Shown in pieces: positions 45,101-56,636 of a stretch of DNA of 64,000 bases. The stretch is from Euglena gracilis (taxonomy: Eukaryota). The DNA lies in assembly GCA_039621445.1 (NCBI GenBank), contig CP154954.1, positions 26,052,954 through 26,116,953 on the forward strand, in the 5' to 3' direction. The position numbers were made by a program, and so were the translations under genes. The notes under the pieces are model-generated. The model saw only the letters and a list, made by a program, of their open reading frames with translations. It was not told where the DNA came from and made no database searches. Within the stretch, counting starts at the first letter, position 1. Each line of letters starts with the position of its first letter.

Positions 45101-46308
45101 GGATTTTTGGTGGAAGTTTCCGCAAAGCGGCGTTGTAAGTCCCGAATTGCAGTTTGTAGTCCCGAAACATCCGCAAAAGCGGTTTTCAGGTCTGCAAACG
45201 CAATTTGGAGGTCCGCATTCGCGGTTTGGATGGTAGTTATGACCGTTTCTCGGTCTTGGAGTTCCGCATTCGCGGTTTGTAAGCTAAGAATCACCGCATC
45301 GCGGGATTGGAGTTCCGCCGTAGCGGTTTGTAGCGCATTGGACGCAGTTTCAAGTTTTTGTATGTCGTTTTGCCACTTTTCATGGAGGAAATCTTGCCGA
45401 TGCGCGATTTCCGCCACTTGAGTGTGCAATGTGGTCAAATTGTGGGAAACTTCACCGCATTTGCAGGAAGTTTGTTCCAAACGAGCAATCCGCTCTTCCA
45501 GTTGTTGAGCAAAAGCTCTTTGTACATAGTTTTCGCGTATTTGTGTAAAATTTTGATGAAAACTTGCGTTTTCATCACCCAAACGCAAAATGCGTTCCTG
45601 GGATTGTTGTACAACATTGGATAGGGTTGAGAAGTGCTCATATGAGACATATGAGCCAAGTTCCGCACCCGTAGGCGCTTTATCCCGTTGTTGTAGGCGG
45701 GACTGCATTTCTTTCATTGTATAAGAAAAGTTTTCCAGTTGTGTGAACAATTGTTGTAAATTTTGTTGTAAATGTGAAAATTTTGTGTTATTCCGCGATT
45801 CCGCGGTTTGGAGGGTCTCTTGTACCTGTTGGAAGTTGTGTACCAAGGTGTTGCGCAAAAATGCGTCAAAACCTTGGTGGAGGTTCTGAAGGTCCATTGT
45901 AGTGGAGTTAAAATTCTTTTGGCAAAATTGTCCAAATTCTTGGATATATTGCCAAAGGAAGTCCAGCTTGCCGAAAACGGCCTTGTGACTGTCTTCATCA
46001 AATTGTAGGACTTGGTTCAGTGTTTTGGCGCAATTTTGGACACATGCTTCGGTGTGTCGAAATTGCTGTTGTAGTGGGTGGTTCTCCGGTAAATTTGCGA
46101 CTACGCGCTCAACGGTATTACTGGAGAACGAATCCCGGTCTTCTTCGGGGTCATTGTCCATGGGAACAATGACACCGGCAGTGTCCGGGACCACCAACCG
46201 CATTTCAGCGGACCAAGGTAGTTCTGGGATTTCTCCCAATTGTGGAGGGGGGGCAAGTCCCGAATGGGGCTTACCGGTGGTAGGGCCGGGGGGGGTTGGA
46301 AAAAACAA
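42148..46308 (-). CDS. gag: Gag of element C (long coiled coil, capsid-like region, two CCHC knuckles, RS-rich linker)
   Basis: 1386-codon ORF with WDGDPTTWKQFWRDW, CFLCNKTGHTSRDC and CSLCGSHNHHSSKC. Confidence 0.9.
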   Translation of the reverse strand: MFFPTPPGPTTGKPHSGLAPPPQLGEIPELPWSAEMRLVVPDTAGVIVPMDNDPEEDRDSFSSNTVERVVANLPENHPLQQQFRHTEACVQNCAKTLNQVLQFDEDSHKAVFGKLDFLWQYIQEFGQFCQKNFNSTTMDLQNLHQGFDAFLRNTLVHNFQQVQETLQTAESRNNTKFSHLQQNLQQLFTQLENFSYTMKEMQSRLQQRDKAPTGAELGSYVSYEHFSTLSNVVQQSQERILRLGDENASFHQNFTQIRENYVQRAFAQQLEERIARLEQTSCKCGEVSHNLTTLHTQVAEIAHRQDFLHEKWQNDIQKLETASNALQTATAELQSRDAVILSLQTANAELQDRETVITTIQTANADLQIAFADLKTAFADVSGLQTAIRDLQRRFAETSTKNPSMGALRSTVTDLHNQLQADVNKIESAFADLHKRCNGIQKSIPDITGIETALADLNTQHKTLQSTTSHLQKRVQTLSTRVSGLQPSSDGQTVREVELPLDFRTFYDQMLAKNQENLQEFCETLMRTENSVTQQVLTLKQQISVLENRLSTMMDDKTAENAVGVLQPTLGTTKPQTENRLNTLTTAMETLVKRVQFLDTTFPKLSADFASIVDKLPLLDELPSYRKRIKRLQCDVERISDLFQVVGSLEQSIQDFALSLDEIHAKPRNPPHFGHENTVFGGQNATSSSQRAFRASTEASSDARHPTRDFVHQIRDSLDANPSKSAVCAPLQASSDAHALQASTDAHDHEHAYNRNYNRPFIPQIKIPPHKGESSDEEPVFTTKTANPPILQQEIRESGLIRGMSHTPTPGIGHGSRMRNTEFTAVPRFAGEQRESYLPGMLPHPESRNRDPLQSESRNREPQPYNSRKCDVPNTHGTYGTMSTIMDAHSRMPQQQPYPNNYDGNRGPPRDFKGTITIANKVKPQWDGDPTTWKQFWRDWTYYWDLKGPTQDGNPEVIKMEFIDCLPKEEKERARQLVIRNRITFDELVDQYASTCSSLISRITLEKKWRQFAPSDRKWKSIDLWYSKWLGLASEVDELGENQMKEQFDAVLLHFIPTIIKDIHREELADNKLTLEQRWNYVSKQMKLSQLLGQIQSAYTHHPTAGLPSGTVSALQKSPSPKSPRGYGKHTNSPRGDTKTRYPRSSDQSSDKTCFLCNKTGHTSRDCPHPDTRKRYQSPRGSQSSRSSRSSGFSHKSGQSQSSGYRQRSRSPFRDRGRDRAPRGRSPRPPYKRDTNRDSSRSRSRSGSSSSRSSSGKPDYNKNRGRTGFRSPRPPRGESPSQNRQKSQNRQKCSLCGSHNHHSSKCYRSRSPRPNQRHYNDTKHNNKHKVGFKISSLEEGTPASGREGDENSESSLEDDRNAVRALRAIYSHKKTINSRSAESDLE

Positions 46309-46519
46309 GGTGTTTCCAACCCGTCCTCGTAAGGGGGGGGCTCTGTAGGCAATTGGGTGCCAAAAGGCGCTAATTGCCAGTTCCGTTCGGGCATTCTGCC
46401 CACTTGTGAGTCAGACTCCGCAGAAGCGGAGGGGGTCCATAGACCCATTGTAGGGTTATGTTGTACCGCAAATGCGGCTGTTTTAACAGTGGGTCCGCGA
46501 ATGCGGGTTGGGTCCGTAG

Positions 46520-46860
46520 ACCCTTGTAGGGGGGGGGGCACCGCCAAAGCGGCTTGGGTCCGAAGACCCTTGGAGGGGGGGGGTACCGCCGAAGCGGCTT
46601 GGGTCCGAAGACCCTTGGAGGGGGGGGGCACCGCCGAAGCGGCTTGTTGTAGGGGGGGGCACCGCTAATGCGGTTTGGGTTCGAAAACCCAGTTGTGGGG
46701 GGGGTACCGCCGAAGCGGCTTGGGCGTCCGCCCCTTGTATGGAGAAATTTTCCACCGCAGAAGCGGCTTGGGCATCCGCCCCTTGTGGATAAAAATTTTC
46801 TGTCGCTAAAGCAACTTGGGCATTCGCCCCTTGTAAAGAAAAATTATTCGTCGCCGTAGC
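46520..46860. repeat. ~45-bp degenerate tandem repeats in the leader of element C
   Basis: Recurring CCGCCGAAGCGGCTTGGG..CCCTTG-G-run units. Confidence 0.7.
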
Positions 46861-47150
46861 GACTTCGTCTGCATTCTGCAGTCCACGAAGCGAACCTATT
46901 AACAAAGCATAGTTAATAGGTGCGTTTCCAGTGTGTGCATGTGCACTTTGCATTTCAGATGAAAAATTGGGAAAATTTTTGTGAAAATCGTAAAAATTGT
47001 AAAAATTTGTGTGAAAAGACCCAAAAAAATAAGCAAAGGTGGGGGCTCAGAGGCGTTGTGATGCAGCCGTAGCCACTTGTGCCCCTGAGACACCTCGCCC
47101 GTGCTTAGGCGCCTTTTTCTGAGTTTTTCTTTGGTCGTTCGACCGTTAAA

Positions 47151-47165
47151 CCTATTCTGCTACCA
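47151..47165 (-). promoter_or_regulatory. Primer-binding site of element C (initiator tRNA-Met-like)
   Basis: TGGTAGCAGAATAGG directly follows the 5' LTR on the minus strand. Confidence 0.75.
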
Positions 47166-47598
47166 AGTGTACGTCCCACCCCGGCTTTTCTACTTATGCT
47201 TTCCTCCCGAAAAGCCTGTGGGGGGAGTAACAATAAAATTTGCTTCCCTTTTCCCCTTTTGAATGCAAAGCACACAAGCAGAAGAATTGGTGGGACCGCA
47301 GTCCCTTATATGAAAGTGACTTTCGCTCTTTCGAGCTTTGTAAAAGAAAGAAATAAAACTTGTATTCAAATGGGACTTCGCCCTCAGTATTCTAAAAGAG
47401 AATTGCAAAGCACCAAACCCAATAACCTTGAATTAGGAACCAGTTACTTTCGCTAAGCTTTCGCTAGCTCTGAGACTCTCTCTTTGTCTTATGGTTTTAA
47501 CCATGCCACTGTGTACGGCCCGGCCGTAGCCAGGTTGTAGGCCGTAGCCCCTTGTATCTGGTACACAGTGCCATGGCAGAATGGCTGCCTGGTACACA
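47166..47598 (-). repeat. 5' LTR of element C
   Basis: Direct repeat of 29889-30321. Confidence 0.95.
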
Positions 47599-47884
47599 AG
47601 AACCCCTACCATTGAATTTTTACCAAAGCGAAACCGAGGATGTGGAAGCTACCCCCGGAGAATATGTTGTGGAAAAAATTATTTCACATAGAAAAGGTCC
47701 AAATGGACAATGGCAATTTCTTGTGAAATGGAAGGGTTGGGATGAATCGGATAACACTTGGGAACCCATCGGGCATTTTTTCCATCGTTACGCCCGAGAA
47801 TGTTTTGTTTACGCCGAGGAGGCAAATTTGAAAATCGACCTCATGGCGTATTTCAAAAAGAGAATTCGGGAGGGTTCCGTGTGA
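47599..47884 (+). pseudogene. Chromodomain C-terminus of element B pol
   Basis: EYVVEKIISHRKGPNGQWQFLVKWKGWDESDNTWEP. Confidence 0.9.
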
Positions 47885-48774
47885 GGAATTCAGGGGTTTT
47901 CTCCATTTCTCAGATTTTTTCAGTTTTTTTTTTCAAGGCGCCAAGTTTCGTGGGGAATCGGTCCCGCAGGTTGCGGGGTCGCTTTCTTTTTTGATCTTTT
48001 GATTTTTGGTACTCGTCTGCAGCGGGTAACAGATCGAAAGACACACAAACACACACAAAGGCAATCAATAAGTGGTTCGAACGGTTGGATAAAGAGGTGG
48101 AAACCCACAAAAAAAGTTGCGCAACAACAAAAAAAAAAGCGGTAAACCACAAAGGTGGTTTGGTTCTAAGAGACGTCAAAAAAAAAAGACGTTCAAAAAA
48201 AGTCGGAAAGTTCCTTAAGGACAACAAAAAAGCCAAAAATCAGAAAGGGGAGTGTGTGCATTTGAGCTTGTTAAGGCTTGCCGTGCAACTTTCGAGTTGC
48301 AACGCAACCCTTGGCAAGACGGGCTGTGAGACGACCTATCCCAATACACCCCCCCCGTTTGTTTTTTTGACCCCCAGCCACATTGCAACAACACACGACT
48401 TACACATACGCGGACCTTCACCGCGGAGGCATCGTGGAGGAGACCCGCGGTGGTGGGGGTGGTACGGGGCCTCTAAAGCCCCTCCCCCCGTTGGTGATGC
48501 GCCAGACGCACGCGGCTGACCGCTGCCCCGTTGCCCGCACCGTTGCACCGTGCGCCGCACCGTGCCACACCTCGTGGGGGTAAGCGTGCCCTTCGGGCCG
48601 CCCCCCCCCCCCTCGCTTTGCTCGACACTCGAAAGTTATTTGAACGTTACGCATTCTGACCATCCGCTACACAACCACGGGTGAAAGTGCCCCCCCAACT
48701 TGTTTCTTTCGTTCGGACCCCTCATTTTACTTACGTTTTTCGAAATCTCCCCGAGATTTTTCTAAGTGGGGGAG

Positions 48775-49481
48775 TGTTAAGGGGTCCTTAACCAACAATT
48801 TGACCTAAATGGGCCTTGGGGCTTGGAAAATCACTGAAATTCCCATTTTTTGGATTTCAGTCGAATTAAAAGTTCGGAAAAGGTTCTGTGGGTAGGCCTT
48901 TGAAGCCTGAACCCCTATTTTGGCCTTTCCGGCCTTAACTGGCGAAATTTCCTGGACCAGTCGGCCGAATTTTTCCGGTCGGTAGGAACAGTGCAAATTC
49001 CTAGTTAAGCAAAGCCCCAAATCGAACCCCCCAATTTCAAACTCAATCTCACACACAGGGTTCTTTACCTACCGAACGTACTGAATAACACTACAAAAAA
49101 AATCAATTGTTTGTGCTTTTGAAGAGGCTGATTTTGGTTAAAAATCAATTTCAAGGTGGATTTGGAAAGGCTCAAAAGCCAAAAAAAGAAAAGTTTGAAG
49201 AAATTGAATACGAAGGCCGGCCAGCCCTACCCCTTTTTTTTCCAACAATTCTTTTCTCTTTTTGTTTTTTTTTCATTTTTTATCTCTTTTTTCCATTTTT
49301 TTTTTTTTTTTTTTTTCTTTTTTCTCTCCCTTTTCAATTTCTTTTCTTCCCCCTTTTTTCATTTCTTTTTTTCTTTTTTTTCTTTTTTCTTCTCTCTTTT
49401 TTCTTTTTCCAATTCTCCTTCCTCTCAAACCATGCGAGGCCGAAGGATCCGAGAAACCAAGAACCAAAGAAAGGGTTTTCA
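48775..49481 (+). repeat. 3' LTR of element B (with a ~200-bp T-rich insert at ~49228-49425)
   Basis: Repeat of 7383-7894, preceded by PPT AAGTGGGGGAG (48764-48774) and followed by TSD CTGG. Confidence 0.9.
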
Positions 49482-50446
49482 CTGGGAGGTAATCGGCAGG
49501 ACACTACAAAAAGTTCAACAGGATCAGGCCAGGGCCTGGTCTGTCTACCAATGTCGCCAGCCCAACATTGGTGGAGGACATTGACTTCACTGCAGGTCCA
49601 AGAGCCACTGATAACAAAAGGGGAGGCAATTTTCAGAAACCCAGACGGGCAAAAAAAATGCCCCCACCACATTGGGCAACCCTTTTTTCTATTGTTCAAG
49701 GATTAATTTTCTCAGCCCGCCACCGATCCGTAAAGGAATCAGACAGCTAAAAAGCGAACATGACATCCCACTGTCAACCATGATTTCGTAGATTGAAGAT
49801 GCCCTCCAGACATCTACCAAACCCAGGGAAGCGGTGTTGCTCAGGCAGGGAAAAAGAAGACTGCAGCAGGCCACAAAAAAGGGCAAATACCCAATGATTT
49901 TGAGAACCAACCTCTTCTGCATTTGGCTTCCCCAATGTTTTTGAGGATTCCTCAGGTGTTCCTGATTCTTCAACATTGATTCTTCAAGGGCGTTTGACAA
50001 CAATATCTCGAAGTTTTGATTGTGAAGCATTAGTGTGGAGACTGTTCGTTTTCAATGATCAGTATTTTGTTCGTTGCACGTCCAAAAACGGTTTTTCGGA
50101 GACTTTTAACGTCCCGAACCGTGTGTGGCAAAATCTGGTCAAATATCTTTTTTTGGCACAAGGATTCCCCCAATTTTTTTTATTCCGCCACGAGAAAGAA
50201 CCGGGACTTTGTTTCGCTTCAGAAAGGATTGCAAAAAATGTTTTACTCCTGATGGAAAAAGGGAGGGTTGGCACAAATGTTTTTAAAGCCCATTCTTTAC
50301 GAGCGGCAACGGCACATCAACCATTTGATGGGCCAAGGGGTCCCCAAAAATTGATGATCCAAGGGCGGCGGCACTGGAAAACGCTGCGGACCCTCCGCCA
50401 GTACTACCTAATGCTGCAAAATCGTGCGAATTTGTGGTGGTGCTAA
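49482..50446 (+). pseudogene. DIRS element 2 remnant: 3' half of the Dam-like MT and a tyrosine recombinase
   Basis: WEVIGRTLQKVQQDQARA / LVCLPMSPAQHWWRTL, then VFKAHSLRAAT...HWKT..LRQYY. Confidence 0.78.
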
Positions 50447-51152
50447 GGGGGGAGCTGTTACACTCAGAGAAAAAAGACATGAAATTTTTTCCCGTGGTGT
50501 GTGTGCCGTTTGGTTTCCACAGCGGTGAAAGTGGGAGGAGGCCGCGCCTTACCCCATGCACGCAGCCCCTGTCTTGAGCAAGGCTAGGGCGGCGATGCGG
50601 TAGATACAAAAATTGCCCAAAGGTTTTTCAACATGCCTTCCTAAATGGCAGACTATATTGGTTGCTTCCTACACCGAACTTCAAATTTTCGGACAGACCG
50701 GCCGGATGGTTGGCAGAAGGTCGGGTCAATGATCAGATGTCCTTTGAAAAAAGGGGGGGGTTAAAGCGTACTGACTAGCTCCAGAGTCGGCCCAACCTCA
50801 GGAGAACCTTGGCCAATATTCCACCCCCGCAAAGTTTAGAAACGTTTTTTGAAGGCTTTCTGAGCCCTTTTTGCGGCTTCGGGTTTGGCAAATTGGCCAA
50901 TTGACTGGGGGGGGTGAGTGGGGGGTATGAACACTGTCTTCTTGGAACCCTTGGACAAATTCTCCAACCAAATATGATGATCACTAAATTAACCGTGGAC
51001 AGAAGGACAACAGAAACAGTCTGAAAGGGCAATACGCAGGATCAGAATTGGCGATTCAAAATTCTCACTCTGGTTTTTGTACAGCACGTCCAGGCAGGTG
51101 CATTCAAGAATAGCCCACAGACGAGGTGCATTGTAATAAATCAGGCAGAAGC

Positions 51153-52271
51153 TCACCCAAGGGCTGGGAACGCCGTCTCGTCATCGACAGGAGGGGCAAC
51201 ATCCTCTTTGGGCTGTGCCGAGTAGCCTCCACGTCCACGACCACCACCCTTGCCCTTGCCCTCACCCTTCCCCTTTCCTTGCTGACGTGCTGGGTTCTCC
51301 TGAGATTAAAGAAAGGATGCATGGGGAATCAGGGGAGCTGAATACCATGCGGAAACCAACATCCACTTGGACCTTTTCTTTCTTTTCCTCCTTCTTCTCC
51401 TTTTCTTCCTTCTTGGGAGCGGCAGGTGTGGCAGCCTTCGGCTTGGGCTGCACGCCAATTGTGAACTTCTTGTCTCCCTTTTCCTTACCCTTGGCAACCA
51501 TGCCCTTGAATCCAGAGTCATCAACTGTGCGAACATTGAATGCTGCCGTCGGTGGGGCATTTTCTTTCTTCAATTTCTCCTGATATTCCTCCAAAGTCAT
51601 TTGTTTTTCCTCCAATTCTCTTTGCTTGGCTTCTTCCTCCTTTGCCTTGGCCTCAGCTGCAAGCTCTTCTGGGGACCTTTTAAAAATTAAATGATGACCA
51701 TGAAGAAAAGGACAAAAATAAATACTTCTCCTTCTTATCCTCCTTATCTTTCTTGGCCTCGTCCTTGCCATCTTCAACTTCCTCAGCAACGACTTCCTGG
51801 GCAACTTCCGTCTCCACCTTGTTGTCGTCCCAACCGCCAACTCCCTTTCCTTCCTTTCGGACCTGGTGTCTGAGAACAGACAACAAGAACTTAGAAAAAT
51901 TCTTTTTACAGCGCATACGCTTTTCCACTTCGGTCGTGCTTGTCTGTCCTATCCCTCTCGCGCTTTGCCTCTTTGTCAAGTTTTTCCTGCTCCTTGACGA
52001 GTGCCTTCTGGGCTTCCTCCGAAGGAACGGCATCAGCCAAAGACACGACCTTTGCATTCTTCGGAGGTTCTTCTTTCTTTACCTCTGCCTTCTTGCTTTC
52101 ATTTTTCTTGGCGGGTTCTGGAAAAAGTTGATTCTTTGAATGAAAACGAGAAAATATTCACGCACCCTTCCGCTGATTTGGCTTCGTATCCTTCGATTTT
52201 TCCTTTGGTGGTTCGTGCCTGACTTTCTTACTCGAAAGGATCGAAAAGGGATTCGCAGTTGCAATCTGCAT
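51153..52271 (-). CDS. Stm1/SERBP1/HABP4-family RNA- and ribosome-binding protein, 308 aa; exons 52271-52166, 52117-51919, 51869-51726, 51676-51346, 51299-51153
   Basis: Four GT-AG introns give a 927-nt open frame with NPFSIL, DRTDKHDRSGK..RKEGKGVGGW, KQMTLEEY, a GKG/RGG stretch and C-terminal DDETAFPALG. Confidence 0.88.
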
Positions 52272-53272
52272 TTCCTCAAAGCTTCGCCAGAGTTAAATTC
52301 GGAATCTGTACACTTCACCAATTTCCGTAGCAGGGCGGGACACTCCCACGGCCTCCAGACATTTTCTCAGCCCGCAGGATATTGGCTCACCTGTGATGCC
52401 GTCAGCTTTCTTACCTTACACATTTGGATGGCTCTGAAACCAAACCCCAATCACACCAAGAAAAATCAGCAAGGAAGTACATACACCTGGACACAAGTAC
52501 GACAAACATGGAAGGAGCAGACCCCCTACAAATGACACAAACACGCCAACAGCGGCAAGCAAAGCACACACCCCCCCCTCCCCGCCGTATATATTGAAGA
52601 TGGGACTTTCGCATTTTCCTCTAACCACTGACCGCGGGACCGGCACGGCACTCCATACAACCTGTACTTTACACCCATAGTATCTACCGGCGAACTGTGG
52701 CCGCACAGGGAGTCACAAGGAGGTTCTCCTTGTGGCGAGGGCCAAAAGAGACGTTTCCCTGGGCCCGGGGCACTGTCTGGGTGAAGCTTTGCTACCCGCC
52801 GTGAATTTCCAACAAGCTGACTTGGAGATGCCGTCCATACCTCTCACCCGTATCACCACTCGGTCTCGGTCTCGGAGTGATCCTCCTAGGCCGCTTTCTT
52901 TCTTGATTGTTGACAATCCCGCCGCATGTTGCTCTCCATCGCACATATTACTCTCCACCGCACACATATACTCGTAGGTGACCACATGAAATGGCTTTCC
53001 CATTTTCAAATCAGATTTTTTTTGACATCTCGCCAATGGCACCTTCCCCTTCCCCAACGTCAGGGTTTGTAAATAGCTCTCGAACTTCGGCTTAAAAAAA
53101 AATCGTCCAATAAAAGAACGACAGGTCCCTCCTGGCGCCGCGCCCCGTCCCTCTTCCATCCCTCCCTCTTTTTTTCTTGCTTCCATTGCTCCCTTTTCCT
53201 GGCCTTGACGAATCGCTTCAAGCCCAAGTTTAGCGAGTGAGTGTTGCCAAGGGTTTGGAAGGGGGTTTATGG

Positions 53273-53999
53273 CAGGGTTGGATGGTTAATCGAAAAACGG
53301 TTAATCGCTTGTGACCCCCCCAGTTAATCGATCGTTTGTGGGGGGGACAATTAACCATGGTTAACCGAAAAACGGTTAATCACTTGTGCCCCCCCCGGTT
53401 AATCGACTTTTTTTTTTGAAGTTTGTGCCACCCATTGAGCCGATGTTGACCGAAAGGGAAAAGTTGTGTGCCACATGGGCCGTTTGGAAGGTTCTTTGTG
53501 CAAAATTATTTTAAGTTTTCATTTCTCTTTTTCAAGGAAAGAATTGTCGCAGGAAATCATTGATTTTGCTGGCTGTTTAAAAACGTGTTCAGCCCGCCAA
53601 ATGCTTGCCCTGAAATTTGTGATCATGAACACATTTTCCATTAGGGCATCTGTGGCAAGGCACGTGCCACCAATTATTTTTATTCAAGTGCGTTGCGCTG
53701 CGCACTCACTTCAACTTTTGATGGAAGATTTGTAAAACATACCTCCAATGCATGAGGCTTGTCGTTTGGGTGAAAGCGTCTTGACGCATTTTGAGGATTT
53801 TGAGGAGGCAGAAAAGTTGCAGCATTACTCAACAACACTACTCGAGGGAAGGGACACTTTGAATTCTTTTGTGGCGGTTAATCGAAATTAATCGAGGGGA
53901 AAGCACAGTTAATCGAAAATTGGTTAATCGCTTGTTGACCCCCAGTTAACCATGGTTAATCGCTTGACCCCAATAATAACGGTTAATTGCCCAACCCTG
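53273..53999 (+). mobile_element. Internally deleted hAT-type DNA transposon
   Basis: TIRs CAGGGTTGG / CCAACCCTG, flanking duplication TTTATGG, many GGTTAATCG subterminal repeats and a transposase remnant IQVRCAAHSLQLL. Confidence 0.82.
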
Positions 54000-54324
54000 T
54001 TTATGGGACCCACTCACCCCGTGACCCCACCGTGACCCCGCAAATCCACCTTGGCAGGTCCAGGAAAAATCACCAAGGATGACCCACATAAGGCCTTTTT
54101 GAGGCCAAAAATTCAAGAGCACAGCCACAGCAGCTCAAAACGGTTGGGGGGAAAATTGGCCGTGATTCCTCTAACGCCAATTTGGGCGTCAACCCGTGGC
54201 TCAGAACTCCGGATCAGGTGGGTGAGGTTATTTGAGAAATTGGAGGTTGTTTGATTTTGGGGTTTGGGTTATTTTCGGGTCCGAAGTCGCTCTGTTTGGA
54301 AGGGGGGATCCCAGGCCCACCGGA

Positions 54325-55490
54325 GGCTAGGGACAGTGGGGGGGGAGGGGGGGAGGGGGGGGCGGCCACGCGGGCGGGTGCACCAGGGGGAGAGGGGGGT
54401 CCGAGGGCGATCGCGCGGGCGGCGAGCGTCCTAAAATTGGTGGTTTCGGTTCCAAAAAGTGGTCTGTTTTGGCCATTTTTGGGCCATTTTTGATTTAAAA
54501 AACATGGGCTTCTAGGGCCGCGTGGAGTGCGCGCCCCCCAAATTTGCCATTTTATGTCTGAAAATGGTCATTTTTGGCCATTCTTAGGCCTCAAAAAGGC
54601 CGTGATTTTTTTCACGATTTTTTTTCTTGGGCAAGCGCGCGAGCGGCGGGGGTTGTGAGTGAGGGGGGGGGGGGGCAACCCCCCCCGAGCGGCACACCAG
54701 GCCCCCACCGGTTGCCATCCCCTGCCCCGGGTTCTGGCTCAGCCCAAGTCCTTGTCCTAGGCACACTCCTCATGCCCGAGCGTGTCCTGGACACATTTCG
54801 GGGGTTGTGCCCCCGCGTCCCCCCCGCGTCCCCCCCGCGTCCCCACCAAGTGGCTTGGTGTCCTTTTGAAGAGGCTTTTCTGTAATGTCCCGACATGCTT
54901 GCTGTGATGAAATGAAGAGGGGAGAAAGAAAAAGAACATTGCAAAAACAAGTGAGAAATCAAAATTTTATCCTTGCCCAACAAAAAACGATATTTGTTTG
55001 CTCCCCGCCTACGACCCCCACCTGCCCCTTACCCTAATCCGAACCCTAGGAGGCTAGGCACAGCGGGGGGGGGGGGCCGGGGGGGGGCAAGCGGCCGCGC
55101 GGGCAGCCGCGCGAGGGGGGAGGGGGGGGAGGGGGGTCCGAGGGCGGCCGCGCGGGCGGTGCGCATCCTAAAATCGATGATTTTCGGGTCCAAAAAATGG
55201 TCATTTTTTGCCATTTTTGGGCCATTTTTGACCAAAAAAGTGCTTTTTTGGCCGCGCGCATAGCGCGCGGTCCCCAACTTTGCCATTTTATGTCCGAAAA
55301 TGGTCATTTTTGGTCATTTTTTCCCCTCAAAAAAGTCGCGATTTTCACAAAAAAAAATTTTCTTGGCTATGCTAGGCACAGTGGGGGGAGGGGGGGGTCC
55401 AGGGGGAGGCGAGCGGCCGCGCGGGCGGCCGCGCAGGGGGGGGGAGGGGGGGGTCCCGGACCCCCCCGAGCGGCGCGCCAAGCCTCCCTA
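54325..55490. repeat. Diverged ~320-bp direct repeats (54325-54640, 55052-55370, partial third) alternating G-rich and A/T-tract blocks
   Basis: Shared GGCTAGG.ACAG, CCTAAAAT, GCCATTTTTGGGCCATTTTT and GAAAATGGTCATTTTTGG blocks. Confidence 0.65.
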
Positions 55491-56571
55491 GCCCAAACCC
55501 TCATTTTTTGTTCTTTAAGGAATCGGGTTTGGGTTAGGGTTAGGGTCAGGGTTGACGTTTTTTTTTTTCTTCAAAAAAACAAAAAACCTATTTGTTTAAA
55601 AAAAAACTAAGCTTTTCCTTCGAAATGGCCATTTTTGAGGAAAAAGTTCGAAAGTCATTTTTTTTTGGTCATCAAAAAGTGACTTTTTTTTATTTTTTCC
55701 AGACCCTTCATCCCAAAAAGATGTGGTTGGCAAGGTGTCGCAGTTGTGAAAGCCAGCACCCTTTGCAGACTACGAAGGATGCAGAACACTTTTCACCCAA
55801 ACCCTCCATGACGTTTTTTTAAATTTTTTTTTAAAAAAACATGTTTTTTGTTTCAAAAAACGAGCCGACAACCTTGATTAGGGTTAGGGTTAGGGTTAGG
55901 GTTCGACTCTGGCGTTTGGGGGTCGTGGTTTTGGGGATGCATACAGCGAACAAGTGCCCCCAAAAATAGAAATAGAAGAAATAGGATGGGTGTGAAGGTG
56001 CTTTGGGCAGAACAAGGAGATGGTGATGCATTGTAAAACTGCATTTTTTAAAGAAACGTTTCAGAGCAAGTAGATGGCAATGCCTTTTAGAACTTCATTT
56101 TAAAAACAACCCGTTTTTTGCCAATTTAATTTTTTTTTAAAAAACAATTTTTTAATTTTTTTAAAAATCAAAAAAACGCCCGCATAGCACCCAGAATGGT
56201 GGTGCCCCTGCGTCCCCCCCCCCCGCGTCCCCCCCGCGTCCCCCCCCCGCGTCCCCCCCCCCACGTCCCCAACACCCCCTTCACAACAAAAAGGGTGTTG
56301 CCCCCGTGTATGCATAGGAGATTAGCATAGCGGGGGGGCAAGGGGGGACGAGCAGCCGCGTGCTCGCCCGCGGGGGGGGGGGGGGAGCCGCGCGGAGCGC
56401 GGCATAGAGGCGATTGCTGAGTCCAAAAAAGCACTTTTTGGGTCATTTTTTTCTGAAATTTTGATGATTCCAGCCGCGCGCATAGCGCGGCCCAATTTTT
56501 GCCGTTTTTTTTCTTCAAAAATGACCATTCTGGGTCCCTTTTTGACCACGGAAAAATCGTGTTTTTGGGGG

Positions 56572-56636
56572 AAACAAACAAACAAACAAACAAACAAACA
56601 AACAAACAACAAACAAACAACGGGAAACAAACAAAA
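56572..56636. repeat. (AAAC)n microsatellite
   Basis: Directly visible. Confidence 0.9.

Larger units (their letters stand above)
29889..47598 (-). mobile_element. Ty3/gypsy chromodomain LTR retrotransposon C (17.7 kb) with a Dam-like domain and a large third ORF
   Basis: Apparently identical 433-bp LTRs, 5-bp TSD AGAAC (29884-29888, 47599-47603), PBS and PPT; removing the element restores B pol as VEDKFVGEPLPLNFY. Confidence 0.95.
7383..49481 (+). mobile_element. Ty3/gypsy chromodomain LTR retrotransposon B (outer, decayed; contains A and C)
   Basis: Matching TG...CA LTRs, 4-bp TSD CTGG (7379-7382, 49482-49485), PBS, PPT and gag/PR/RT/RH/IN/chromodomain remnants. Confidence 0.92.

Noticed and set aside
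49228-49425. Phe-rich membrane-protein ORF (49107..49706)
   Set aside because: T-rich low-complexity insert present in only one LTR copy; not credible as coding.
52713-53186. Possible host exon or gene upstream of the SERBP1-like gene
   Set aside because: No recognisable motif or consistent splice model could be built by eye.
55524-55903. Short internal TTAGGG runs as a chromosome fusion or healing site
   Set aside because: Only 4-5 units each, in the same orientation, with no head-to-head junction.
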